Source: an uncultured Aquiluna sp. (GTDB lineage Bacteria; Actinomycetota; Actinomycetes; Actinomycetales; Microbacteriaceae). Taken from it: a DNA stretch of 64,000 bases. Under the pieces are notes generated by a model that made no database searches, was not told the DNA's origin, and worked only from the letters and a program-made list of their open reading frames with translations. Positions within the stretch are counted from its first letter, which is position 1, and each line of letters opens with the position of its first letter. The DNA lies in the NCBI GenBank assembly GCA_913775595.1, contig CAJYLB010000001.1, positions 806,001 through 870,000 of the forward strand, written 5' to 3'. Both the position numbers and the translations under genes were made by a program. Positions 47,383 to 58,047 of the stretch are shown here, in pieces.

Positions 47383-47637
47383 CTAACTTGCCAGAGTTGC
47401 GATGGTGAAAAGCCCGAGGATAAGCAGGGTTCCCGCCGACACATAGACCTGTTGCCTCACGGTGTTTTTACTCTTCGACGATATCAAGTGCTCGAGGCTC
47501 ACCAGGGCAATTGAGGCGGCGGCGATGGCGCTGAAGGCCGTGTAGCGGGAGTCGCCAGAAAGAAAGACCATTGAGAGCGCTGCTCCAAAGATGACTAAAA
47601 CCCAGATAGTCACTATCTGAAACCACTGCCTGCTCAC
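47383..47637 (-). CDS. small membrane protein
   Basis: three hydrophobic helices; TAGAGT -10 upstream of GTG. Confidence 0.65.
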   Translation of the reverse strand: MSRQWFQIVTIWVLVIFGAALSMVFLSGDSRYTAFSAIAAASIALVSLEHLISSKSKNTVRQQVYVSAGTLLILGLFTIATLAS

Positions 47638-47702
47638 ACCAAGCACTCTAGCCAACAGGCAGGTAAAGCTGGGTATCATTTGCTAAGGCGGGAGGCAGTT
47701 CT

Positions 47703-48362
47703 ATGGCAAACATTCTCTGCATCTCCCCCACGCCTGAAAACCCCCTGCCACCCCTAGAGGTGCTGGGCCACACCATTCACTTAGTTGACTTCGAACCGCA
47801 GTCCCTTGCGACCGCCCCAAGGCACGACATCGCAGTCCTGGACTGCCGGAACAACCTGGTGGCAGCCAAGGCTGTGACGAGAATCATCGGAGCTGCCGGC
47901 TGGCAAAAGCCGATGTTGATGGTGGTGACCGAGTCTGGCTTGCCGGCTGTGAGCCCGGAATGGCAAGCGAGTGACTTCATTCTCGATGGCGCATCCCTCG
48001 GAGAGGTCGATGCGAGGATTCGAATGCTGCTCGACAGCAAACCAAAGGCACAGGTCATTGATAACTCAACTGGACTCGTTATTGATCTGGGTACTTTTAC
48101 GGCAAAGATCAATGGCCGCGCGTTGGATCTAACCTTCAAAGAGTTTGAGCTCTTGAGGTATCTCAACGACAACCCCTCACAGGTCTTCTCCAGAGAGCAG
48201 CTGCTCAGCGAAGTCTGGGGCTATGACTACTTTGGTGGTACAAGAACCGTCGATGTACACATCAGGCGCCTCAGAGCAAAACTCGGCGAGCACGAGGGTC
48301 TCATTGGCACCGTGCGAAACGTCGGCTACCGGCTTGACCCAAGCGGCAGTTCAACGGATTAA
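47703..48362 (+). CDS. glnR: orphan OmpR-family regulator, GlnR-like
   Basis: LDLTFKEFELL, VWGYDYFGGTRTVDVHIRRLRAKLG. Confidence 0.8.
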   Translation: MANILCISPTPENPLPPLEVLGHTIHLVDFEPQSLATAPRHDIAVLDCRNNLVAAKAVTRIIGAAGWQKPMLMVVTESGLPAVSPEWQASDFILDGASLGEVDARIRMLLDSKPKAQVIDNSTGLVIDLGTFTAKINGRALDLTFKEFELLRYLNDNPSQVFSREQLLSEVWGYDYFGGTRTVDVHIRRLRAKLGEHEGLIGTVRNVGYRLDPSGSSTD

Positions 48363-48404
48363 CTGTTTATTGCTCGTTCACCAATAAGTGCAAAGATATC
48401 CCCT

Positions 48405-50516
48405 ATGTCAGAAGAGACCACGGCCATTTTCATTCCTCCAAGTGAGCATGAATTACCGGCCGACCGCTTCTTAGAGCGCGAGCTCAGCTGGCTAGATTTC
48501 AACCAGCGAGTGCTCGAGCTTGCAGAAGACGAGAGCATCCCGCTTCTCGAGCGCGTTAACTACCTCTCGATCTTTGCCTCGAATCTGGATGAGTTCTTCA
48601 TGGTTCGCGTGGCCTCGCTCAAGCGCAGGATTGCAACCGGCATTGCGGTGCCCTCACCGTCGGGGCTAAGTCCGCAAGAGGTGCTTCAGCAGATTGCGGA
48701 TCGCACCAGGGAACTCCAGACCCGTCACGCAGAACTCTTTGCCGGCAAGGTCTCTAAGGAGCTTGCGCAGCACGACATTCAAATAGTTCACTGGTCGACT
48801 CTTACCGCTGAGGAGCAGCAGGAGCTCCACTCATACTTCACATCGCAGGTTTTTCCTGTCTTGACTCCGCTAGCGGTCGACCCGGCACACCCCTTCCCCT
48901 ACATATCAGGTCTTTCGCTAAACCTTGCGGTGGTGCTTCGCAACCCGAAAACTCAGGCGGAGCACTTTGCGAGAGTAAAGGTTCCTCCGCTTTTGCCAAG
49001 GTTCGTCGTTGTCCCAGGATCAGCGTCAAGGTACGTGCCGCTAGAAGATGTGATGGGCGAGTTCATAGGCGAGCTTTTTCCAGGCATGGAGGTCCTCAAG
49101 CACCACACCTTTAGGGTGACCAGAAATGAAGACTTAGAGGTCGACGAGGACGAAGGTGAAAACCTGCTGGTCCAGCTGGAGAAAGAGCTCCTTCGCAGAC
49201 GCTTTGGTCCTCCTGTGAGGCTTGAGGTTGCAGAGGATATTGACCCTCAAGTGCTCTCGCTGTTGCAGCGTGAGCTCGACATGAACGAGCAGGATGTTTT
49301 CCCGCTTCCAGAGCCACTGGACCTAAAGAGCCTGAGCGCCTTCGCCTTCTTGCCAATTCCAGAGCTTCACTTTGACAAACATCAAATAACGACCAACCGC
49401 TACCTCGAAGCCGACGAGGACGAGGCGGCAGACATCTTTGCCTCCCTTCGTGAGCGGGAGGTATTGGTCCACCACCCCTACGAGTCTTTTGCCACGAGCG
49501 TGCAGGCGTTTCTGGAGCAGGCGGCCGATGACCCTCAGGTTTTGGCAATCAAGCAGACGCTATATCGAACCTCAGGTGACTCCCCGATCGTTGACGCCCT
49601 AATCGATGCCGCAGCAGCCGGCAAGCAGGTGCTGGCCCTGGTTGAGATCAAGGCAAGGTTCGATGAGCAGAACAACATTGGCTGGGCCAGAAAGTTAGAG
49701 AGTGCCGGTGTGCACGTGGTCTACGGATTGGTGGGCCTAAAGACCCACTGCAAGCTCTCGCTGGTGATTCGCCAGGAGGGTGACCAGCTACGCCGCTACT
49801 GCCACGTTGGCACCGGAAACTACAACCCAAAAACTGCAAGGTATTACGAGGACCTTGGGCTCCTCACTGCACGCCCTCAGGTTGGAGAGGATCTGACTCA
49901 GCTCTTTAACCTGCTCTCAGGTTATGCAAGCGAGCCGACCTACAAATCCCTCCTCACCTCCCCAGTTGGAGTGAGGGAGGGCCTCACCATGCGCATCAGG
50001 CGAGAGGCACAACTGTTTAGTGAGGGAAAGCCGGCTCGCATTGCCCTCAAACTGAACTCCCTGGTTGACGAGCAAATCATTGATGAGCTGTACCTGGCCG
50101 CGAAGTCGGGCGTGCCCATCGACATCCTGGTAAGGGGTATGTGTGCTCTAAAGCCAGGCGTTCCAGGTCTGAGTGAAAGCATTCGAGTGCACTCGGTGCT
50201 AGGGCGCTACCTCGAGCACTCACGGATCTTCTACTTCGAAAACGACGGGGACCCGGATGTCTTCATTGGCTCTGCCGACATGATGCATCGCAACCTGGAC
50301 AGGCGAGTCGAGACTCTGGTGAAACTTGTACAGACCGACCACATCAAAGACCTCAAGGACATCCTCGACCTTGGAATGAGCGAGCAGGTCGCAACTTGGG
50401 TCCTAGGACCCAAGGGCGATTGGCACCGCAGGTCCACGAATGACGAGGGCAACCACCTACCCGACATGCAGGATGAGCTGATGCAGCTAACGCTCAACAA
50501 AAAGAGGATTCGTTAG
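48405..50516 (+). CDS. ppk1: polyphosphate kinase 1
   Basis: [42 protein letters not shown]. Confidence 0.97.
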   Translation: MSEETTAIFIPPSEHELPADRFLERELSWLDFNQRVLELAEDESIPLLERVNYLSIFASNLDEFFMVRVASLKRRIATGIAVPSPSGLSPQEVLQQIADRTRELQTRHAELFAGKVSKELAQHDIQIVHWSTLTAEEQQELHSYFTSQVFPVLTPLAVDPAHPFPYISGLSLNLAVVLRNPKTQAEHFARVKVPPLLPRFVVVPGSASRYVPLEDVMGEFIGELFPGMEVLKHHTFRVTRNEDLEVDEDEGENLLVQLEKELLRRRFGPPVRLEVAEDIDPQVLSLLQRELDMNEQDVFPLPEPLDLKSLSAFAFLPIPELHFDKHQITTNRYLEADEDEAADIFASLREREVLVHHPYESFATSVQAFLEQAADDPQVLAIKQTLYRTSGDSPIVDALIDAAAAGKQVLALVEIKARFDEQNNIGWARKLESAGVHVVYGLVGLKTHCKLSLVIRQEGDQLRRYCHVGTGNYNPKTARYYEDLGLLTARPQVGEDLTQLFNLLSGYASEPTYKSLLTSPVGVREGLTMRIRREAQLFSEGKPARIALKLNSLVDEQIIDELYLAAKSGVPIDILVRGMCALKPGVPGLSESIRVHSVLGRYLEHSRIFYFENDGDPDVFIGSADMMHRNLDRRVETLVKLVQTDHIKDLKDILDLGMSEQVATWVLGPKGDWHRRSTNDEGNHLPDMQDELMQLTLNKKRIR

Positions 50517-51448
50517 TGACCGTCCACGCAGCGGGTGTAGTTTGCTGGCGCGAAGCAGGTAGCGACATCGAGATTCTCCTGGTTCATCGCGAGCAATACG
50601 ACGACTGGGGTTTTGCCAAGGGGAAACAGGACAAGGGAGAGCTGCTGCAGGAAACTGCGGTCCGAGAGGTCGAAGAAGAAGCGGGCATCAGAGTTCGCCT
50701 GGGTCGAAAGCTCGATGTCATTCACTACAAAGTCGGCAAAGGCGAGGACAAGTACGTCAGCTATTGGGCAAGCAAGGTGCCGCATAAGGTCTACTCAAAG
50801 TCTCGTTTCAAGCCGAACAAAGAAATCGCACGGGTTGAATGGCATCCCGTTGAGACCGCCATGCGGATGCTCAGTTACGGCCACGATAGAGAAGTCCTCG
50901 AGAAGCTAATTGAATTTCATAAGCTCGGCCAGCTCGAAACCAGGTCGCTAATTGTGCTTCGCCATGCAAAGGCCACACCTCGAAGTGACTGGACAGACGG
51001 CGAGGCAACTAGGCCATTGCTACCAGAGGGTGAAGTACAGGCAAAGCGCTTAGTAAAGCTCCTCAAGAGCTACGGACCAAAACGGCTTGTTACTTCGCCG
51101 TGGCGCAGATGTCTAGACACGGTCAAGCCCTACTCGAAGAGTTGCAAGCGAAAGCTTGTGAAGCGCTCGCAGATCACAGAGTTCAAAAGCAAAAAGAATC
51201 CCAAGCAGGCAAGGCAACTTGTTGAGGACGTCTTCAAGGACACTAAGAATGCTCTCGTCTGCACGCACCGTCCCGCTCTGCCGGAAGTCCTTGAAGCTGT
51301 GTCGCAGCATGCCACAGGCGAGATGGCCGAACCGATTCGACAGGCTGCTGCTCTAGCCCCCTCAGACTTCTTGGTGGTGCGATTGAGCATGGCCAGTAAG
51401 CCAAAGGTTCTGGACTACGAGATGGTCAGCCTCAGCGAAGCAAAGTAA
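50516..51448 (+). CDS. NUDIX hydrolase with histidine-phosphatase domain (MutT1-like)
   Basis: KGKQDKGE..TAVREVEEEAG Nudix box; LRHAKA. Confidence 0.88.
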   Translation: MTVHAAGVVCWREAGSDIEILLVHREQYDDWGFAKGKQDKGELLQETAVREVEEEAGIRVRLGRKLDVIHYKVGKGEDKYVSYWASKVPHKVYSKSRFKPNKEIARVEWHPVETAMRMLSYGHDREVLEKLIEFHKLGQLETRSLIVLRHAKATPRSDWTDGEATRPLLPEGEVQAKRLVKLLKSYGPKRLVTSPWRRCLDTVKPYSKSCKRKLVKRSQITEFKSKKNPKQARQLVEDVFKDTKNALVCTHRPALPEVLEAVSQHATGEMAEPIRQAAALAPSDFLVVRLSMASKPKVLDYEMVSLSEAK

Positions 51449-51568
51449 AAACTCATATTTGTTTTCCATTTGTTTACCCAATTAATACTGGGCTTTCAAT
51501 CAACCTAAACAGACTTGCGACCGAGGCAGGCCCGCTGTCTTCCAAACAAAGTCTCAAGGAGAATCAAC

Positions 51569-52714
51569 TTGAAGAAAAAGCTACTTTCGCTTGCCGCAAT
51601 CACTTCGGCATCCGCGCTAGTGCTTGCTGGTTGCGCAACCAACGAAGCCGACCCAGCAGCTACCGTTACCGTTACCGAGTCTGCAGGTGGATCGACCACC
51701 GAGGAGTCAGCGGTTGTACTAGAGGGAACCCTTGACGGTTCCGGTGCTTCCTCAATGGCCGCTGGCCAGGAGGCATGGGTTGCAGGCTTCCAGCAGCTGA
51801 ACCCGGGAGTGACTGTCAACTACAACCCAACCGGTTCTGGAACTGGTCGTGACCAGTTCGAGCAGGGTCTTACCTTCTTCACCGGTTCGGACTCAGCTCT
51901 GAAGGATGAGGAGATCGCAACTCCACACCCAAACTGCTCCCCTGCTGACGGCCCAATGTTCGAGTTCCCAATCTGGATCTCGCCAATCGCCATCATCTTC
52001 AACCTCGACGGCATCAAGTCTCTCAACATGACTCCTGACACCGTTGCACAAATCTTCACTGGCGAGATCACCAACTGGAGTGACTCCAGAATCGCTGCTG
52101 ACAACCCAGGTGTTGACCTGCCAGATCTAGCTATCACCGCAGTTCACCGCTCTGACGAGTCAGGAACCACCGGAAACTTCACCGACACCATGGCAAAGGC
52201 TGCGCCTAACACCTGGTTGCTGAACGGTGAGAACGCCGGTGACTTCGAAGAGTGGCCAGCTGAGTGGGGCGGCGAGGGCGGCCAGGGTACCTCTGGTGTT
52301 ATCGCTGCTATTGCTGCCGGTAACGGAACCATTGGTTACGCTGACGCATCCCGCGCAGGTGACTTCGGCACCGTAGCCTTCGGTGTAGGCGACGAGTTCG
52401 TCCCTTACTCCGCTGAGGCTGCTGCAAAGATCGTGGACGTTTCGCCTCTGAAGTCTGGACGCCCAGACACCATGCTGACCTACGACCTAGACCGCGACAC
52501 CACTGAGTCAGGCGTTTACCCAGTAGTTCTAATCTCCTACCTACAGGGCTGCATGGACTACGCAGACGACGCAAAGGCTGAGCTTGTCAAGGCCTACGCC
52601 TCCTACATGCTCTCAGCTGAGGGTCAGGAGTACGCAGCTGCAGCTGCAGGTAACGCACCGATCTCCGACGAGCTTCGCAGGAAGGCACAGGCGATCATCG
52701 ACCAGGTGAAGTAA
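51569..52714 (+). CDS. pstS: phosphate ABC transporter substrate-binding lipoprotein
   Basis: LAGC lipobox, GSGASS, HRSDESGTT. Confidence 0.95.
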   Translation: MKKKLLSLAAITSASALVLAGCATNEADPAATVTVTESAGGSTTEESAVVLEGTLDGSGASSMAAGQEAWVAGFQQLNPGVTVNYNPTGSGTGRDQFEQGLTFFTGSDSALKDEEIATPHPNCSPADGPMFEFPIWISPIAIIFNLDGIKSLNMTPDTVAQIFTGEITNWSDSRIAADNPGVDLPDLAITAVHRSDESGTTGNFTDTMAKAAPNTWLLNGENAGDFEEWPAEWGGEGGQGTSGVIAAIAAGNGTIGYADASRAGDFGTVAFGVGDEFVPYSAEAAAKIVDVSPLKSGRPDTMLTYDLDRDTTESGVYPVVLISYLQGCMDYADDAKAELVKAYASYMLSAEGQEYAAAAAGNAPISDELRRKAQAIIDQVK

Positions 52715-52731
52715 ACATCTGGAAAACTAAT

Positions 52732-52773
52732 TAGATTGGCCCGGGCTCGGCCACCCGAGCTCGGGCTAATCTA
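52732..52773 (+). terminator. intercistronic stem-loop after pstS
   Basis: TAGATTGGCCCGGGCTCGG-CCAC-CCGAGCTCGGGCTAATCTA. Confidence 0.7.
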
Positions 52774-52806
52774 TTTCCCAACTCAAGCAACCGGCCGGGA
52801 GTTCTA

Positions 52807-53742
52807 GTGAGCGAACAAAGCATCAAAGGGAAAGGCAAGGTCCGCCTAGGTGACCTGGTTTTCTCTAGGGCCGCCACATTCGCAGGAGCAGGCATTCTGG
52901 CCATCCTCGCTGCCGTTGCAGTCTTTCTCTTTATTCAGGCGCTACCTGCTCTCAGTCCGAATGCAGACTTCGACGGGAAAGCAGAGGATCCCCTCAGCTA
53001 TGTTGCGCCCTACATCTTTGGAACCCTCTACGGTTCAGTTATAGCCCTCCTCATCGCGACCCCACTGGCGGTCGGAATCGCCCTATACATTTCTCACTTC
53101 GCGAGCCGCAGGTTCTCACAAGTGTTGGGCTACGTCATGGACCTACTCGCTGCCATCCCGTCGGTGGTTTATGGCTTATGGGGCATCTTGGTGCTAGCGC
53201 CATTTTTGAACCCCACCTACGTTTGGCTCAACGAGAACTTCGGTTGGATACCACTCTTCGAGGGGCAAGTTTCGGCGACCGGTAGAACCATGCTCACTGT
53301 TGGCATCGTTCTCGCCATCATGGTGCTGCCGATCATGGCGGCTCTAATCCGTGAGGTCTTCTTGCAAACCCCAAGACTTCACGAGGAGGCTGCTCTGGCG
53401 CTGGGTGCCACAAGGTGGGAAATGATCAAGATGGCCGTTATTCCTTTCGGTAGGCCAGGAATCATTTCTTCCATGATGCTCGGTCTTGGTAGGGCACTTG
53501 GCGAGACCATGGCCGTTGCACTTGTTCTCTCTCCAGCTTCGATTATCAACTTCGCACTGCTCACCTCACAGAACTCAAACACAATTGCAGCGAACATCGC
53601 GCTCGACTTCCCAGAGTCAGGAGGAGATCACAGATCCCTGTTGATAGCGACGGGTTTGATGCTGTTTTTCATCACCATGGTGATTAACCTCTTCGCGCGC
53701 TACATCATCAGCCGCCGAGCGGAATTCTCAGGAGCCAACTAA
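52807..53742 (+). CDS. pstC: phosphate ABC permease
   Basis: LAAIPSVVYGLWG, GRALGETMAV. Confidence 0.95.
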   Translation: MSEQSIKGKGKVRLGDLVFSRAATFAGAGILAILAAVAVFLFIQALPALSPNADFDGKAEDPLSYVAPYIFGTLYGSVIALLIATPLAVGIALYISHFASRRFSQVLGYVMDLLAAIPSVVYGLWGILVLAPFLNPTYVWLNENFGWIPLFEGQVSATGRTMLTVGIVLAIMVLPIMAALIREVFLQTPRLHEEAALALGATRWEMIKMAVIPFGRPGIISSMMLGLGRALGETMAVALVLSPASIINFALLTSQNSNTIAANIALDFPESGGDHRSLLIATGLMLFFITMVINLFARYIISRRAEFSGAN

Positions 53743-54806
53743 TGTCCGCCACCACCTCTGCTCTCAAGGCCTCGGCATCACTGCCGAGGTGGTACTCACC
53801 TGCGGCTCTGCTGATCGCGTTCTCCCTGGCACTGTCTTCATTGACCCTTTCCGGTCTTACAAATGAAGACGGCGCACCGAATCTGATTGCGGTAGGTGTA
53901 CTCGGTTTTACCCTCTACATGGTTGTTACTTATCTGATCTCCAGGAGCGTTGAAGGGCGACGCAAGGCTACAGACCGCATGGTCACAGGTTGGGTTACAG
54001 CCGCATTCTCGCTAGCGGTGATTCCGCTCGTGTCGTTGACCTGGACTGTGGTGGAAAAGGGTCTCAATAGGCTCGATGCTGACTTCTTCAGCCAGTCCAT
54101 GAGAAACGTTGTTGGAGCCGGTGGTGGGGCGCTACACGCAATCGTCGGAACCTTGGAGCTCACTGGAATTGCAACTGTGATCTCAGTGCCCCTTGGCATT
54201 ATGACAGCCATCTACCTCGTGGAATACGGTCGAGGAAAGCTCGCGAGAGCAGTCACGTTCTTCGTAGATGTTATGACGGGTATTCCATCCATCGTTGCTG
54301 GCCTCTTTGCCTTCTCACTGTTCTTGATCATTCTCGGGCCAGCCAGCGCCATCAACGGCTTTGCGGGAGCAATCTCGCTAGCAGTTCTAATGACTCCGGT
54401 CGTGGTAAGGGCCACCGAGGAAATGTTGAAGATTGTTCCAAATGAGCTTCGCGAGGCTTCTTATGCTCTCGGTGTTCCGAAGTGGCTGACTATTTTGAAG
54501 GTAGTGATTCCAACCGCTCTGGCCGGAATTGCGACGGGTGTCATCATCGCCATCGCTCGAATCATCGGCGAGACGGCTCCTCTACTTCTTGCGGCCGGCT
54601 TCACCACCTCCATGAACTACAACCCGTTCGCAGAAAAGATGATGACTCTTCCGGTCTTCGTCTACACCTCATACGCAATTCAGGGAACCGACTTCCAGTC
54701 CTACATTGACAGGGCCTGGGCAGGTGCTCTAACCCTGATGATCATCGTGATGGTTTTGAACCTGATTGCCCGAATCATTTCCAAGATTTTCTCACCGAAG
54801 GGATAG
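53742..54806 (+). CDS. pstA: phosphate ABC permease
   Basis: GIPSIVAGLF, ARIIGETAPL. Confidence 0.95.
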   Translation: MSATTSALKASASLPRWYSPAALLIAFSLALSSLTLSGLTNEDGAPNLIAVGVLGFTLYMVVTYLISRSVEGRRKATDRMVTGWVTAAFSLAVIPLVSLTWTVVEKGLNRLDADFFSQSMRNVVGAGGGALHAIVGTLELTGIATVISVPLGIMTAIYLVEYGRGKLARAVTFFVDVMTGIPSIVAGLFAFSLFLIILGPASAINGFAGAISLAVLMTPVVVRATEEMLKIVPNELREASYALGVPKWLTILKVVIPTALAGIATGVIIAIARIIGETAPLLLAAGFTTSMNYNPFAEKMMTLPVFVYTSYAIQGTDFQSYIDRAWAGALTLMIIVMVLNLIARIISKIFSPKG

Positions 54807-54809
54807 CCG

Positions 54810-55589
54810 TTGTCTAAGAGAATCGAACTCAACTCACTGAACGTCTACTACGGCAGCTTTCTAGCTGTCGAAGACATCAACATGGTCATTGAGCCGAAGG
54901 CAATCACGGCCTTCATCGGTCCATCGGGTTGTGGAAAGTCAACTCTGATCAGGACCCTGAATCGCATGCACGAGGTAATCCCGGGGGCATATGTGACCGG
55001 GTCCATGAAGATGGACGGTGAGGACATTTACGCCCCAGATGTTGACCCTGTAAAGGTGAGGCGTCAGGTCGGCATGGTCTTCCAGAGGCCAAACCCATTC
55101 CCAACGATGTCAATTAGAGACAACGTCCTTTCTGGCTACAAGCTGAACAACTCCCGAATGACCAAGTCGGAAGGTGACGAACTAGCGGAGAAGGCATTAG
55201 TAGGAGCGAACCTCTGGAATGAGGTTAAAGACCGTCTGAACCTCCCTGGTTCATCTCTGTCCGGTGGCCAGCAGCAGCGCCTTTGCATCGCAAGAGCAAT
55301 TGCGGTGGAGCCGGATGTGATTTTGATGGACGAGCCAACCTCAGCTCTCGACCCCATTTCTACGGCCGCCATTGAGGACCTTGCGGTAGAGCTAAAAGAG
55401 AAGTTCACGGTGGTTATCGTTACTCACAACATGCAGCAGGCATCTCGTATCTCTGACATGACAGCGTTTTTCAACATTGCAGGGACCGGAATGCCTGGCA
55501 AGCTCATCGAATACGACAAGACCGAAAAGATTTTCTCCAATCCAACCGAGAAGCAGACTGAGGACTACGTCTCAGGTCGATTCGGCTAG
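54810..55589 (+). CDS. pstB: phosphate ABC ATPase
   Basis: [29 protein letters not shown]. Confidence 0.96.
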   Translation: MSKRIELNSLNVYYGSFLAVEDINMVIEPKAITAFIGPSGCGKSTLIRTLNRMHEVIPGAYVTGSMKMDGEDIYAPDVDPVKVRRQVGMVFQRPNPFPTMSIRDNVLSGYKLNNSRMTKSEGDELAEKALVGANLWNEVKDRLNLPGSSLSGGQQQRLCIARAIAVEPDVILMDEPTSALDPISTAAIEDLAVELKEKFTVVIVTHNMQQASRISDMTAFFNIAGTGMPGKLIEYDKTEKIFSNPTEKQTEDYVSGRFG

Positions 55590-55623
55590 AAACAAAACCG
55601 TCTAGTTCTCGGTTAGCCCTCTC

Positions 55624-57150
55624 ATGATTGAGACGGTGACCTCAGATCTCAAAACTCTGAAGTCAAAGGATAAGAAGCCAGCCAGGGTGTTGGTCACCGG
55701 TGCCACGGGTTACGTCGGAGGCAGGCTGGTCAGGGAGCTGCTCGCCCACAATTACCGCGTGCGGGTCTTGGTAAGGGATGCTCATAGGCTCCAGGACTAT
55801 CCCTGGCGCGATCAGGTAGAGATCATCGAGGGTGATGCCCTAAATCCCGAGTCTTTGAATCTTGCGCTACAGGAGATTGACCTCGCCTACTACATGCTTC
55901 ACGCGCTGATGGTCTCAAAGAACTTCGAGCAAATGGAAGAAGACCTGGCCCGCTCCTTTGGAAAGCTTGCAAAGCAAAATGGGGTCAGGAGAATCGTTTA
56001 CCTAGGCGGTATCACCTCGTCAGACGATTCGCTCTCTCCCCACATGTCAGCGCGGGCAAAGACTGGAGAGATTCTTCGATCTAGCGGTGTGCCGACCATT
56101 GAGCTGAGGGCTGGGGTGGTGATTGGTTCTGGCTCGGCGTCCTTTGAAATGCTCCGCCACCTAACCGAGCGACTTCCAATCATGGTCACTCCGAAATGGC
56201 TCAAAAACCGCATCCAGCCAATTGCAGTCCGAGACGTGCTGCGTTTTCTCGTTGGCTCGGCAACCATTGACCCGAAGATCAATGACGTCTTCGACATTGG
56301 CGGGCCAGATGTCTTCACTTACATGGAGATGATGCAGATCTATGCGGAGGTGGCGGGCCTAAGACGACGAATAATTCTCCCCTTGCCCGTGCTCACCCCA
56401 AGGCTCGCCTCGGGCTGGATCGGTCTGGTCACCCCGGTACCAGTAACCCTCGCAAAGCGGCTGGTTGCCTCATTGAAGCACGAGGTGGTGGCCAGGGATG
56501 ACCGAATTCGTGAGCTGGTCACGGATCACAAGGATGGGCTCACAGACTTCCGTAAAGCGGTATCGCTTGCGCTAACCCGCATCAAAGAGCTCGATGTTGA
56601 GACCCGTTGGTCTAACGCGATGACGCCTGGTACGCACTCCGAACCACTGCCCACAGACCCAGACTGGGCAGGTGGTTCGCTCTATGTCGATCTTCGGCAG
56701 TATGAGTCGGAGGACGAGCAGTCTGAGATCTGGAAGAGAATCGAATCAATTGGAGGAGCTAATGGCTACTCCACGGCAACCTGGGCCTGGGAGCTAAGGG
56801 GGCTAATGGACCGCTTCGTAGGTGGTGTGGGTTTACGACGAGGAAGGCGCGATCCAAACAAGCTGCGTGAAGGAGAGGCACTGGACTTTTGGAGAGTGGA
56901 GCAGCTTCAAAGGCCAAAGCTTCTGAGGCTTCGAGCTGAGATGAAACTGCCCGGGCTTGCCTGGTTGGAATTTAGAGTCAGCCAAACCCCCGAGGGGAAG
57001 TCGCTCGTGACACAGCGGGCGCTGTATCACCCGAGGGGACTGTTTGGGCACCTCTACTGGTGGATGGTCCTCCCGATGCACGGCATCGTGTTTCCATCCA
57101 TGGCAACAAAAATGGCTGGTGCGAGTGCCAAAAAATACGCTAAACACTAG
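55624..57150 (+). CDS. SDR/NAD(P)-binding protein with DUF2867 (YbjT-like)
   Basis: VTGATGYVGG, LRAEMKLPGLAWL. Confidence 0.88.
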   Translation: MIETVTSDLKTLKSKDKKPARVLVTGATGYVGGRLVRELLAHNYRVRVLVRDAHRLQDYPWRDQVEIIEGDALNPESLNLALQEIDLAYYMLHALMVSKNFEQMEEDLARSFGKLAKQNGVRRIVYLGGITSSDDSLSPHMSARAKTGEILRSSGVPTIELRAGVVIGSGSASFEMLRHLTERLPIMVTPKWLKNRIQPIAVRDVLRFLVGSATIDPKINDVFDIGGPDVFTYMEMMQIYAEVAGLRRRIILPLPVLTPRLASGWIGLVTPVPVTLAKRLVASLKHEVVARDDRIRELVTDHKDGLTDFRKAVSLALTRIKELDVETRWSNAMTPGTHSEPLPTDPDWAGGSLYVDLRQYESEDEQSEIWKRIESIGGANGYSTATWAWELRGLMDRFVGGVGLRRGRRDPNKLREGEALDFWRVEQLQRPKLLRLRAEMKLPGLAWLEFRVSQTPEGKSLVTQRALYHPRGLFGHLYWWMVLPMHGIVFPSMATKMAGASAKKYAKH

Positions 57151-57159
57151 TCTTTCTCA

Positions 57160-58047
57160 GTGACCAAAACCCGCCTGGCTGTCTTTGCGCTGCTGGGCGT
57201 TGGTTTTGTCTGGGGGGCGGCTTTTGTTCTGATGAAGGACGCTATAGTCCAGCAGCCCTACATGGACTTTCTGGCAACCAGATTTTCAATCGCAGCCATC
57301 GCCATGGTGCTGCTTAGGCCAAGGGTTGCCCTAAATTTCAAAACTGGCGATTTCCGGTTTGGCGGGCTAATCGGGGTCGTGCTGGCATTTGGCTACATCA
57401 CTCAGACAATCGGCCTAGAGCTCACCACGGCAGCAACCAGCGGCTTCCTGACCGGCCTCTATGTGATCCTCACACCGCTAATTGCATGGTTATTTGTGAG
57501 GCAGAGAGTGAGCAAGCGGGTAGTTCTCGGGCTAACCATGGCAATGGTTGGGCTCGGCATTTTCTCGGGGGCCGCAACCAACATCGAGTTTCAGGTCGGC
57601 CAGATTTGGCTTGTGGTATGCGCGGTCTTGTATGCGGTTCACATCCTGCTTCTTGGCCACTACGGCAAGGGAAGGTCTTCCTACCGCTTTGCGATGCTAC
57701 AGATCGCCTTTGCCGCGATTGTGACCTGGGGATTTGCGCTCCTGGATGGCTACCAACCTCCCCCAAATGCTGAGGTGTGGTTCGCAATTCTGTTTACGGC
57801 ATTGCTTTCAACCGTTCTGGCGTTCTGGGTTCAAACCTGGGCACAGACCTTGATTGAACCTTCCAGGGTTGCGCTGCTGATCACCAGTGAGGTTATCTTC
57901 ACGGCCATCATTGCCGTCTTTGTCGGGCAGGAGCCCCTCACCTACGCAATCATCTTTGGTGGTGGGTTGCTGTTCGCTGCAATGCTGGTGGTCGAGTGGC
58001 CCTCGAAACGTCCAGAGACGCCTCTAGAGGCCCAGCTCCACGAGTAG
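57160..58047 (+). CDS. EamA/DMT transporter
   Basis: about ten TMs, VWGAAF, TTAATSGFLTGL. Confidence 0.9.
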   Translation: MTKTRLAVFALLGVGFVWGAAFVLMKDAIVQQPYMDFLATRFSIAAIAMVLLRPRVALNFKTGDFRFGGLIGVVLAFGYITQTIGLELTTAATSGFLTGLYVILTPLIAWLFVRQRVSKRVVLGLTMAMVGLGIFSGAATNIEFQVGQIWLVVCAVLYAVHILLLGHYGKGRSSYRFAMLQIAFAAIVTWGFALLDGYQPPPNAEVWFAILFTALLSTVLAFWVQTWAQTLIEPSRVALLITSEVIFTAIIAVFVGQEPLTYAIIFGGGLLFAAMLVVEWPSKRPETPLEAQLHE

